Of a stretch of 64,000 nucleotides of DNA, positions 51,236-62,826 are shown piece by piece (the stretch's first letter is position 1; each line of letters opens with the position of its first letter). The stretch is from Oculina patagonica. Lineage: Eukaryota. The DNA lies in NCBI RefSeq assembly GCF_052425735.1, contig NC_135765.1, positions 33,852,001 through 33,916,000 of the forward strand, in the 5' to 3' direction. Below the pieces are notes generated by a model. That model did not search any database, was not told the origin of the DNA, and worked only from the letters and a program-made list of their open reading frames with translations. The translations under genes were made by a program, and so were the position numbers.

Positions 51236-53991
51236 GATACCGGTGCGATGCTCTTCCAACTGAGCTATTGAAGCCACACATTGGGAGCGAGGTCAATTGT
51301 GAGTTCATATTTTCCCGTGAGAGAAGTGAAATGTTGTAATGTATATGAAATGATTCGTATATGAACTGCGGATGTATATGAAAGTGATAAATGATCATCG
51401 CAGTGAATTTCCAATTTAAGCAATTGGAAATAAAGAAGCCTGAAAAAAAATTCAGCGCTTCAACGGGATTCGAACCGGTGACCTCTGCGATACCGGTGCG
51501 ATGCTCTACCAACTGAGCTATTGAAGCCACACATTGGGAGCGAGGTCAATTGTGAGTTCATATTCTCCCATGAGAGGAGTGAAATGATGTAATGTATATG
51601 AAATGATTCATATATGAACTGCAGAAAAGAAAAAGGTCAGAAAAAGAAAAAGGTCAGAAAAACTATCTGTTGTGTAAGTAAAAATTTTGGAGCTGGTGAC
51701 TAAATTTGCTCGGAAGTCGCCAGCCTAGCGACTAAAATTGAGAAGAAGGATTGAAAGTGTGAGCTTAACTTGGCGACTAAAATTTTTCACTGGCGACCAA
51801 ACTTAGCAGTCGGTGGCCAAATGGCCACTAAGGAAAAAGTAAACTTGGAGGGTTGGTAAACAATTTTTCCAGTAATCAACATTAAGATTCTATTTTAGAT
51901 GGTTCAGGCAGCTCTGTGAGTATTTTGGAGTTCATGGCGAGGCATACTTTTTGTATAAACCCAAAGGAAAGAGTCGTACCATTGGCCTGAGTGGGGAGGA
52001 AGCTTTACGTCAGTTGAAGAAGGGTCTGCATAATCCTCAGATGGCTTTCATCTACCACTGCTACAATCACTACTTTTGTCCTATTGGTTACGACGACTCA
52101 CCTGTTAAGGCTGTTGATGCATACAGGTAGACAATAATTGTTCTGACTAATTGTTTAACCTAGTTTATTATATGTTAAAGGTTTTAAGTCTGTCACAAAT
52201 TTAAGGCTGATGGCTCATCAAATTGGCTCTATAGAGCAATTTTCAGGAGTGTTGAAAGTAATTCGCATTTAATAGTTTTGCATTGCTACATGTAGTGATT
52301 TTTTTTAAAAAACTTGCGCCACTTTCTCAACCAATCAAATGTTTTAACTTAAACCAAATTGTGACTCCCTCACACGTTTTTCTGTGCTTTGTGCTGGCTA
52401 CATGCACTATTGCTTTGAGTTTTCATTGGTTCACTGGATTATCTGTGCCCTTTGTAATTGGCCAGAGTAATTACTTTGGTTTTGGTTTTGCACTCTGGAA
52501 AACAGGCTGAAAAAAAAATTAAAACTGACTTGCAAAGATTACCCATTTATAAACAACTTTCCACTGAATAGCATCTTTGTTTGCAAACTGCTACCATGGC
52601 AACATTACAAAATACTGGGGTGTGGAGGAGGAGAAGGGTGGAACCTGCAGTACTTCTAGTGATGCCTCACTTGGTCCTTCTGTGTCAAAACACAAATTCT
52701 CATTGCTTATTTCCATGCATTTGTTCTATAGGATTACTTGGAGAATTTGTTAAACAATCAAAATACTTTTCCTTTAGTGATCATTCTGTCAATTCTCATA
52801 ACCTGAACTCTTTTTTATGTACTGATATTGTGAGGAGAAATTTGATGTTGGCACTCTTGGGGCTTAAAGTTCTGAGAAATATACATGCACAGTTGGCACA
52901 ACCTGTGACTTCAAACAAATCAGGGCCCCAAAGGAAAATGCTCCAGGCCAAAAATAAACCAGGCTTCAGGGCTCTGGACCACTTAAAAATGGGGCTCTAC
53001 ACTGTGGCAAACAGGCAAACATTTACTCTACCTTTATGTTCTGAATAATGTCACACACAGATGTTTGCTTTTTGTTGATAGGGTACAGCTATATGAAGAT
53101 GAGGTTGAAACTTGGATTTTAATTGGAGACCCAAGTTGTAAACATCCAAGCATTCACTGTAAAAGGTAAAAACCTATAGCAATTTCTACTTACCTTGTTA
53201 GTTTGACCTCTAGTTCATCCATCAAGAGACGCAGAGGCCTACTGGTTAGTGCTCTTAACTCCAGACTCTCACAGACTGCCTCACTTCACCCAGGTGTAAT
53301 GAATAAATGGGTGCCAGCGAACTAATGCTTGGAGGGTAATCCTGCGATGGACCACCATCCCATTTAGGGGGGGTACAATGTTGGGTATATGTTACAGATA
53401 CCAGGACTAGCGTTGGTGGTATGGGCCACTTGGCCTTGTGGTTTTAAGGAGCCGGTTATTATTTAGAGAGGGGGGAGGGCTGGTGCAAATCAAGGAAGGC
53501 TATGTTCAAATTCACCAGACCCTCCCCTTTTATGCAGCACATGTTTTGCTGACCCTCTCCCTCTTACCCACTCACCCCCTTGAACCTCCCAAATGTACAT
53601 GCACATATGACCCCCCCCCCCCTCCTTTTTTTTCCCTGCATAAAATCATTGACTCTCGCTGGGCTCCCCTATTTGCACCAGTCCTCCCCACCTTCTAGGT
53701 TTACTGCAATCAAACATTACCATCAATCTATTTTCTTTCAGATGGACAGACATTGAAACAGATTTAAACAACGAGGCCCCTTTGTACCTAAACATTCGTC
53801 AACTTCACATGGGAATTCAGCAGAAAAATGTTAAAAAGACTGGTGGAAATCTGCACTGTATCATGGCATTTCAAAAAAGCACCTGGCAGCGCTACAATAA
53901 AATTACACCAGCAGCATTGAGTAAAAGAATGCCGCAAGTAGAGGAAGATGAAATAGATGATCGTAATTCAAGTGACTCTAGTGATTCATGA
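48363..53991 (+). CDS. BIVM: BIVM copy B (6 exons, 523 aa)
   Basis: Exons 48363-49171, 50295-50390, 50932-51036, 51899-52126, 53082-53165, 53742-53991. Exon lengths are identical to copy A. Confidence 0.93.
51113..51623 (-). repeat. Tandem ~220-250-bp units, each containing a tRNA-like sequence (51203-51275, 51456-51528)
   Basis: Minus strand reads GGCTTCAATAGCTCAGTTGG(T/A)AGAGC...GGTTCGAATCCCGTTGAAGC(C), with A and B boxes. Two full units plus a partial third. Absent from BIVM-A intron 3. Confidence 0.8.
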
Positions 53992-55401
53992 TTTATTTTT
54001 AACTTAATGTCCTCCCTCATTTCAGGGGTCATTCTACAAACTGAATGATTGAATTGAAAACACAAAGTGTTTCATTATAATACATGACTGTAGTCTTTGA
54101 GTGAGTAAGATCTTAAATACCTATATTCCGACCCTGTGCACTATCTTGAACTTTCTGGGAACCACAAATTGTTCGAGATAACAGGGAGTTTAAGATAACA
54201 GGGTTATTTTTTACAGTTGGTGACAAAAAAAATTAATACCACCAAGGGGAATGAAGTTTTTTTGTTCAAGGTAACAGGGATTTCAAGGTAAGTGAGTATC
54301 AGATAGTGGGGTTATTTTTACAGTAAATGACTAAAAAAACAAACAAACAAAAAATCAATTCCAAGGGAAATGACCTTTCATTTGAGATATTGGGGAGTAG
54401 CCCTTTACACCAAACCAGCTTTTATACATGTATAAAGTCTAGTTGAATGTACAATGTCCACCCTGATTTTGTTTTGTTTTGGGTATTGTTAAGGTTTGCA
54501 TTACATTTATTTTGATATTGCTGATCAAATGAACTCGACTGTACAAAGTTAAAACAAAGAGAATAAAGTTTGACAGCTTCCACACAAAAATGTGTTTTAA
54601 AATTTATTAGTTACTGTACAATATAGAGTTTGTATCAGCTATAAATTTTGTAATAATTAATAATTGTTTAATAATTCAATTTTAATTCATATTCCCACAT
54701 GTTTGTTTCCTGGGTGCTAGAGTCTTTTCCCGTCCATTTTCTGGTTATGAGCAGTGACTTTAGTCAAGTCCACTCTTTTACAGTTGATTCTACCTCATGC
54801 ATAAGGGGTTGGTATTTATTATTTATGATCTTATTAAAATATCATTTATACATGGATCTGTTCATAATTCAAAATATTATAATTTGCAAGTCACTTAATA
54901 TAAAAAATCTAGCCACATCATTTTAGAAACATTTTGTGCAACATTAATTTCAAATTTGATAAAAATATTATGTACAAGCTACCCAGCATACAAGAACCCA
55001 TTCTCACACATGCCATGGGCAGTCCCCTTAACAGCGAATATTTGAGTCGTAATGTATTGTGTGTTAAAGAACTGTAAGAGGCAAAAAATTACGAAGACTA
55101 AACAACAATATTATAAAGTATAGTTTGAAATTTAGATACTCCTAATTCTACATTCATATATTTCCATTACAAAATGAATTTGAATTTCCCTTTCATTTAT
55201 TTTTTTGGTATTCGCCACTGGCAACCTTTCTTAAGGAAATAGATTTCTTCTTTAGTACATAATATACAGCAGCTACAGTATAGCCTAATCTCTATGTAGA
55301 AAAATACAATCTCACAATTAATAGAAAAATATTTTCAACTTCCTTACTACAGTAAAAACTTCTCTATTTACCGGTATATATTAACCTTTATTTTAATACA
55401 T

Positions 55402-58400
55402 TCAATTAATGAGATCAACATAACTTGCAGGCTCATTCTCTTCTGTAAAGACATCCTCTGCCGAGGGCCCTCTCTCTAGTTGGTGATAGTAGTTCTTGCT
55501 TGATGACCGAGTCACACTGTTGTCCCGTCTTCCGACCTCATTAATTGCTCCATCACTCAAAACTTTACAAAGCATCTTGTTCCTTCTTTCAAAGAATGAG
55601 CCATCAGTGATAGGCTCTGTATATCCCTCGCTGTCAGAATCTGAGGAATCACTTGATATGTTTGTCCTTGCATACCAGATCTTTCCAGACGACTGCTGTG
55701 AATTCATGTTTGATGGAGCTGAAACTAACACAAGTTAGATCAAAAGAACTCGATAAGTAATTTGTAGATCTATTACCATAAAGTCCATAAACACTCTACT
55801 AAGTCTCCTCTTCCTGGGGGTATTCATTTTCAGACCTTATAGGGGAAGGGGGGTCTTTTTGAAAGTTGGGAAATTTGAATTAAACCCCTGAAGGCAGACC
55901 AATCTGGGTGCTTATTAAGAGCAGTCTCAGTGTGTGTACCTAAGTCTGGTATTCTAGAACCTTCCTTGTGTCACCTTGTCCTAGTTAACATGCAAAAACT
56001 GGCAACTAATTTGTCAAACAATCTGTGAAGTGCAATTTAGCTTTCCATATTTTTTTTATGGGTGGAAAGAAGCACTATCAAATCAAGTGTCTTTCCCAAG
56101 TTACAATGACCCTAGCTTGCAGACTGGATTGAAACCTGTTGAACCAGAACACTAACCATTCAGCCACCATGGCTCACAAAATATGTACGAGAAAAATTAA
56201 GAAATGTTTTAATGACCTTCAGGAAATACTGTCTATCATCCCAATAAATTTTTGGTCTGACAATTTTCTACTGACTGTTGACTTACTTTTCCTCCCTGCA
56301 TTCTCCTTTGCTGAATTTGTTCGGAAAACAACCTGTTTTGCTGCAAATCAATTTAAAAAATATTCAATAGTCAGCTAATGTACCACTATTTTTCAGTCTT
56401 ATTATCATCTACAGTCACTGTGGTTGCAAATGGGATCCTGGTAGTTGTCTATAGGCTTAAATGTGACACTAAGGTACTGTAGAATTATTTTTGTTCCTTC
56501 TAAGTTGTAGTACTATGAGGGAGAATTTGTTCAGCTAGCAAAGCCATTTACAATTATCATTTTCAAAATTCTTGTGACTGGTCTGAGCAATGACACAATA
56601 CTGTATTGAGAAATTTTATTCTGATCATTCTAGGGGTGTCCAGCTCCTGTACACAGGCTAACCAACCCTACAAATGTACACAGCTTACCATGTTTTGGTA
56701 GAGGTGGTGGCGGTGAAGTGGGAGGCGGCCTCAGATCATTCAACGACAATGGCCTCCTAAGATTTGGGTCCACAAGTACATTCCCGTTAGCTTTCAGATG
56801 TTGATGTGGCAAGGGCTGAGGAGCTCGCATAGCTTTGGGATTTCTTGCATTTCCTTTGGATGACTTGTGTTCTGGTGAAGGCGTTAGATCAGCGTAATGG
56901 TATTTAGCACTGTCTTGCTTGACTGGTGCAGATACTGCGTACAAGTAAGGTTGGGGGGACTGTGCCAGTGCCGCTAACTGGGCAGATATCTCAGGATCAA
57001 TGTGAATATCTCTTGCAAGATCATTTACAATGCTTCTTGTTTGACCAGCACCTGAAAGTATAAAATATTAAGTAAATTATATGGAACTTATCAAACTTAG
57101 GTAAACAAAAGTAGAGTCTGCATTCAAGCCTAGTGGTCTATCAGGCTGGAGCTTATCCTTGTTTCAGTAGCACAAAGTGACTATAAGAATTTTAACTCCC
57201 CCCTGGATGGGATGTTAGCCCATTGGCCATGGGATGTTAGCCCAGTGGGTTCTCATCCCCACTCCCACAGCATTAAATTTACCAGTACCCATTTAAACCC
57301 CTGGGTGGAGAGAGGCACTGTGAGAGTAAAGTGTCTTGCCCAAGAACACAACACAATGACGACCCGTCAACCCATGTGTTGTTCGGCAAGACACTTAACT
57401 CTGCTTCACAGAGCCTCTCTTCACTGTGAGGGGCACAAGACCACTATTAATATAACTTATGCCATTTTTTATTAAATGAGACAACTTTTTAGCCAGGTTA
57501 ATTTCACTTGTCCAGAACATACCATGAAAAACCTTGCTTTCTGTGAGTTGAGTTGGTGTGTCTGTAACAAGATCGGCCAGTTTTTTGTATGCTCCAGCAA
57601 CCAGTAAAGTTTTGGAAGCCCACTGCTGAAGACCGTCAGAAATTCTGCCTAAGGAATCCCTCAGTTTACGTGCCTGTAAAAAAATGCTTTGTAATTCAAC
57701 GAGCATATAGCCACGTACATGTACTTATGCCTTACTTAATGTCAAATGTATGATGGTGATGATGATGATAAATATTTCCCTTAAGCTAGCTATAGGGAAG
57801 GCTGCATTTTAAAAGGTGTACCTGACTGTAGTTTCAACTAGGGAGCAAGAATATCATTACCTTAAAAATCTCATGCTTGGTTGTTTTCACCTCTAGCTCA
57901 GCCTGCTCCTGTTCAGCCTGGGAAATAACCTGTAGTATAGTATTAGAAAAAGGCAAAACACAAATTAGGTTAATTGTGGGCATGGCGGCCCAAGCTTAAT
58001 AGATCCCTAAAAGATACTATAGTGACTTTTTGCTGACTGTATCAATATAGACTGCTAGTTGACACAGTATGGCGGCGGCATTTTATTTCTTTATGTACCA
58101 CTCTAAGCAGTCTGTCCTAAACACAAGAGGACAAGAGGAGCAATCCTGTCCCTTTCATGTGGGACCCCCCCCCCCCTGGAAAGCTGGTGGATGATTCAAG
58201 GGATGTTGAACAGTTTTGCTGGCTATTAATAATAAGATTTATTAACCAGTACTGTAATTAATACATTACCTCAACCATTTCATTTGACATTGTCCTAGGT
58301 CTTCCTCCATCACAGTGACTTTTTCTCTTGTTCTGATCTAACTAAAGATGAAACAGTATAATTGGCAGCAATGAGAAACTGAAAACACAAAAATTATTAA

Positions 58401-60899
58401 TATAATTATTAACTGCAGGTACCTGCTTCTGAAGTCTGTTCATTTTTGCTGCATGCATGGCTTCCCTCTTTCGTGCGTCATCCAAGACACGCTCTTGTTG
58501 AAGTACCTCTTTAAAACTTTTCCGGTATTTATGATACTGCAATGCAAATGACAAGAAAACAATAATAAATCATGATTATTCCATAATTCCAAATAACTTT
58601 TCTTAAATATATAAACTACATGATACATATTGGCTGCAGTCACATCTAGACTACTAACTATAGTTAAGGCGGCGTTAACTATAGTTAGCTATTTCGGTAA
58701 TGTGACCGCTTCTCTGTTCACCCAAACTATAGTTAGAAAATTTACGCCTCGCTGATCCAAAACAATACAGACTAAATATAGTTATACCCAAGCAAGGTTT
58801 ATGGGTAAGTCTTAAGTTTGCAAACGAAAAACCAATCAGAATGTGACAGCTAGTTCTTTCCGCACGTGCAAAATGAACATTCATATGCAAAACAAAGCGT
58901 GAAGGGAAAGAAAAAAGAAAAACAACATGCCAAGAAATTACATATCACCAATGTTAGCAAAAATAAAGCTTGAATTCCTCGGCTTCTAGCATCCTTACTT
59001 AATTTTATTTTCTTCAATGCCAAGATGCCGTGCAAAAATAGAATAAATAGAGGAACATCAACTAGACACATATCAACAACAAGGGCTGTCATGAACTAGT
59101 TTAAATTCGAAATCATTCAAAAGCTAATCAGAACTAACTATAGTTAACTGCATTGGTGTGACCGCAAAGACGACCAAAAGCACTAACTATAGTTAGGTAT
59201 GATGTCACATAACTTGAGACTAACTATAGTTAAACTTTAGTTACGTCATAGATGTGACTGCAGCCATTATAGAGGGGGGAAATAAAATGGATACCAACCA
59301 CCTTTCATTACTGGGCTATTAACATTTGGTACTTCCCAGCCAAGCAGCAAGTACCAGCCTGATTTTTTGGATCATTATACAAGTCTATTTTGTGGAAAAG
59401 TATGAATCGTGTGACCAATGTAATCCTAAGTAATGCTATGGAAGCTTATCCTGGTTTCTGTAGCATTAATGGATTAGGAATATTTCTACTACCCCTGGAT
59501 GGGAGTAGAAATGAATCAATGAAGGATTACCGCCTGGCAGCATAATTTCGCCAATACAGATTTATACACCTGGGTGAAGAGAGGCACTATGAGAGTAAAG
59601 TGTCTTGCCCAAGAACACAACATGTGCAACAACCCTGGCTAAGGCTCAAACCTGGACCGCTTGATCCAGCACCCTACCCATAAGGCCACTGTGCCCCCGA
59701 CTAAGGAAAATGCTAAAATATAAACTATATGTAAGAGGTTATCACTCATTCGCTACAAATCTTTGTAGCGAAGGCAACGGCAAACCTTCTTCATTGTTAT
59801 ACGTGACCATATTAGCATTATACCAATGACTAAATGGCATAACGAACCTGACAAGCCACGAATTAAAATTAAAATGCATGTTACCTCAAAAAGAAACAAA
59901 AGTTATATTTAAGAAAAACATTTAAGTTACACGGAAATAATGATTATCCCTTATCACATAGTCAATTCATCCACTGGGAAAAAGCTGACAAAACCTCAGG
60001 CATCCTGTATCAATGACTGTTTAATATATATACTGTATAATTTATACTAGTTATGCAACGCTTTTGAGTTTTTTATGATTCTCTTTTTTTTTTTTTTTTC
60101 CGGGTTGGGGTTATAAAAAAAAAATATTTTTTTTTGTTTATGTTGATACGCAATACAGATGATAATCATGTTGTGTCTCCGATCAAGAGTTATTTTTCAC
60201 ACAATAGCCTGGTGAGGGGGGTATTCCCTTTATATGGGCTATATGCTATGTATGTTCCGCAGGATAGGCAGGGCTCACCAAAACCCCCATCCGGTCGTCC
60301 AGGGACAAGTAGATTTTCCTGTCGGGCAAGTGACTTTTCATGCTCACTTGCCAGATGGGCAAGGGCCCAGGCAAACCATCAATTAACTCGCTTAATTATT
60401 TCTAAATCAACGATTTTGAAACAAAGCAGTACATTTTTTGGCCTACTTGTCAAGGGTTATCAAAGGTTATAAATGAACTTTACAAAAACTAAAGGATGCT
60501 TATCATAAAAAAAAACACGCAGGCTACTTTGAACAAGGCTTCAGGACAGTGATAAATTCACCGTTTGCAAGCCTTTAATAAGACCTTCACTTTTGGGTCT
60601 TATTTTCAATAATATCAGCCACCCAAAACAAATAGGGTCACAATTTCCCTGGTTGTTCTTGCTATCATTCCAAGAAATATGGGCTTCAAACTTCCATGTT
60701 TTGCAGATGTTTAAAAATCACCCTATAATGTATTGCAAACCCCAAAAACTGTTGAACTGTACGTCATTTATCCATCATGGATTGTGTCTCTAGTAAGATT
60801 CTCCAACAAGTTCGTAACTTTGAAGCCAAAAATGCCAAACTGAAGGCCCAACCCAGTTTCTGATTTTCTTTGTTTTTGTTTTTTTTGTTTTTTTGTTTT

Positions 60900-60930
<31 letters not shown>

Positions 60931-60984
60931 GGTCATGAATTATTAATAAGCTTAAAAAGGAGAAAAGATAAGATAAGATAAGAG

Positions 60985-61016
<32 letters not shown>

Positions 61017-62826
61017 TATTTAAGTTACTTGACTATCTACCTATCTAACTAACTACAAAAATTTAATAACGACAAATTCAAATTTGAGAGTTACTTGCCC
61101 CATGGGCAAGCTGGAATTCAAGTTTTTGTCGAGCCCCGATAGGGTATGGTTTTTGAGGTTCTCAGTCCTTACATCCGCTTTTAGTGTTGCGTGCATAGCA
61201 ACTTTCTATCGACGTCCATCCTTTGACGTGTTAAACAAACAACATAGATCGAAATTCACCAATCAGTCAGCCCACTAGCATGACCTTCTGAATTTGTGGG
61301 CTCATCTGCATGAAACCAACACCGGTATGTATCCGTTTTGATTGGCTCATTTCAAAGAGCACATCGAAAGACGATGTCGATAGATGGATGTAGAAAGATA
61401 GCTATGCACGTAACACTGAAAGCGGGTGTCAAAGGGTATCATTTTGGTGACATTCTTTGAGCTCAGGATATGGACATTTCATGTTAATACCTCTTCAGTG
61501 AAATCTTTCATCAGATGTGTCCACATACTGGACACTTCAAACACCTTGCTGAACACATCCTGCAGAGCAAGATTCTCTTCACTCTTGGCCCATTTTAACA
61601 TTGCTATGGATGCTGTTGAAAAAAAATTATAAAAAAATGATTCTCCTTAAAATATCAACACATTTACACTACAGGTTTGTCATTAACACTGTCAATACAA
61701 TAAGTTTTCAAGAGCTTATTTCGATCAAAATACAAAAAGGTAGCTACGGAAGCTACGGAAGTTGTATCCTTTTGAAATTGTCACGAGTAAAGTTTGTATT
61801 GATCGTTTTGCAAAAAAACTCTTCGCTATAGATCAGATGCTCTCTCGCCACATTGTCCTTCAGGCTAAAGAAGAACTACTTTGACATGTATGCTGAAATG
61901 ATTTTGGCTATGATACATTCGACGGAAAATAAATTTGTACTGATATTTTATGTTCTGTGCAAAATGTGTTTTCGGGGTTGTCGTTTTTTATTTCTTTGTT
62001 TCTTTGGGAGCAAAGTGTCCGTGTGATCAGAGAATAATGATCTAATTTTAGATTTTCCCAAACAAATGCACCCTAAATATCTGTGAGGTCTAGGTCTATT
62101 TAAATTGTAGATTCTGTTTCATTGACCCCAGAAATATTAATCATAATGCATTATTCCTAGTGAATCAAATTTGAACCAAAAAAGGAGAATACTCTTTAAG
62201 ATGACAATATCAGGAGATGCACTCAAGTGTATTTTATGTAACAGCTATATAAAGAGAAATTCTGTATTGTAACACCACCACCACCCCCTCCCCTCCCCCT
62301 AAGAAACCTACATTTGAAGCAACCGGCCAAAAAAATCGTAGTCGAATGTGTTCGGACGGAAGGGTTTCGCAAGAAAAATCGGCTATGTTACTTCCAACTG
62401 ATCATGAATTCGAACAGAGATGGCAATGAGTTCACAACAATACAATAATACAACAATACAACGGCAGCAATATAAGTTTAAATTCATAACTTTTTTGTAC
62501 CCAAGTTAGTTCCCTACTGGGACAGTTTCTTGTTTTCAGTTCAAAGCATTGCTAGAGTTTCGGTTGCGGTATTTTTCGAAACAAAAGAAAGATCCTTTAA
62601 AAGAAAAAGCCTTTTTCTCTCGGATTTCATACAGTCAGTTATTGAACGTAAAGACTGTAGCTACATGTATCAATATAAAATTTTACCCACCGTCCGCTTT
62701 CGCAAGGACCACTTTTTGAAAATTCTCGTAGACAACCTTCTCGTCAAAGATGAGCAATCCAAGCGATCCGTGCCCATCTCTGGAATTTTTAACCTTGTGA
62801 GCAGCTCGACGGAATATTCTCGCCAT
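55402..62826 (-). CDS. Pil1/Lsp1 (eisosome)-like BAR-domain protein with a Tyr/Pro-rich tail (9 exons, 467 aa)
   Basis: Exons 62826-62691, 61612-61491, 58536-58423, 58341-58270, 57929-57861, 57673-57523, 57051-56689, 56340-56287, 55724-55402. All GT-AG and in phase, 1404 nt in total. The gene model is well supported. The Pil1/Lsp1 assignment comes from recalled motif similarity. Confidence 0.75.
58632..59265. mobile_element. MITE with GGCTGCAGTCACATCTA TIR and ATT flanks
   Basis: TIR at both ends and a 3-bp direct repeat att. About six copies of the palindrome (t)aactatagtta lie near the ends. Confidence 0.8.
60269..61138. mobile_element. hAT-like element (CAGGGCTC termini) nested in a poly-G MITE
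   Basis: cagggctcaccaaaac ... gtttttgtcgagccccg, with gatagg on both sides. Confidence 0.5.
61175..61425. mobile_element. Short foldback MITE
   Basis: ccgcttttagtgttgcgtgcatagc ... gctatgcacgtaacactgaaagcgg form imperfect inverted repeats. Confidence 0.6.

Noticed and set aside
51203-51528. Two functional tRNA-Thr genes
   Set aside because: Weak anticodon stem, embedded in tandem repeat units, and absent from the paralogous intron. Treated as repeat-derived.
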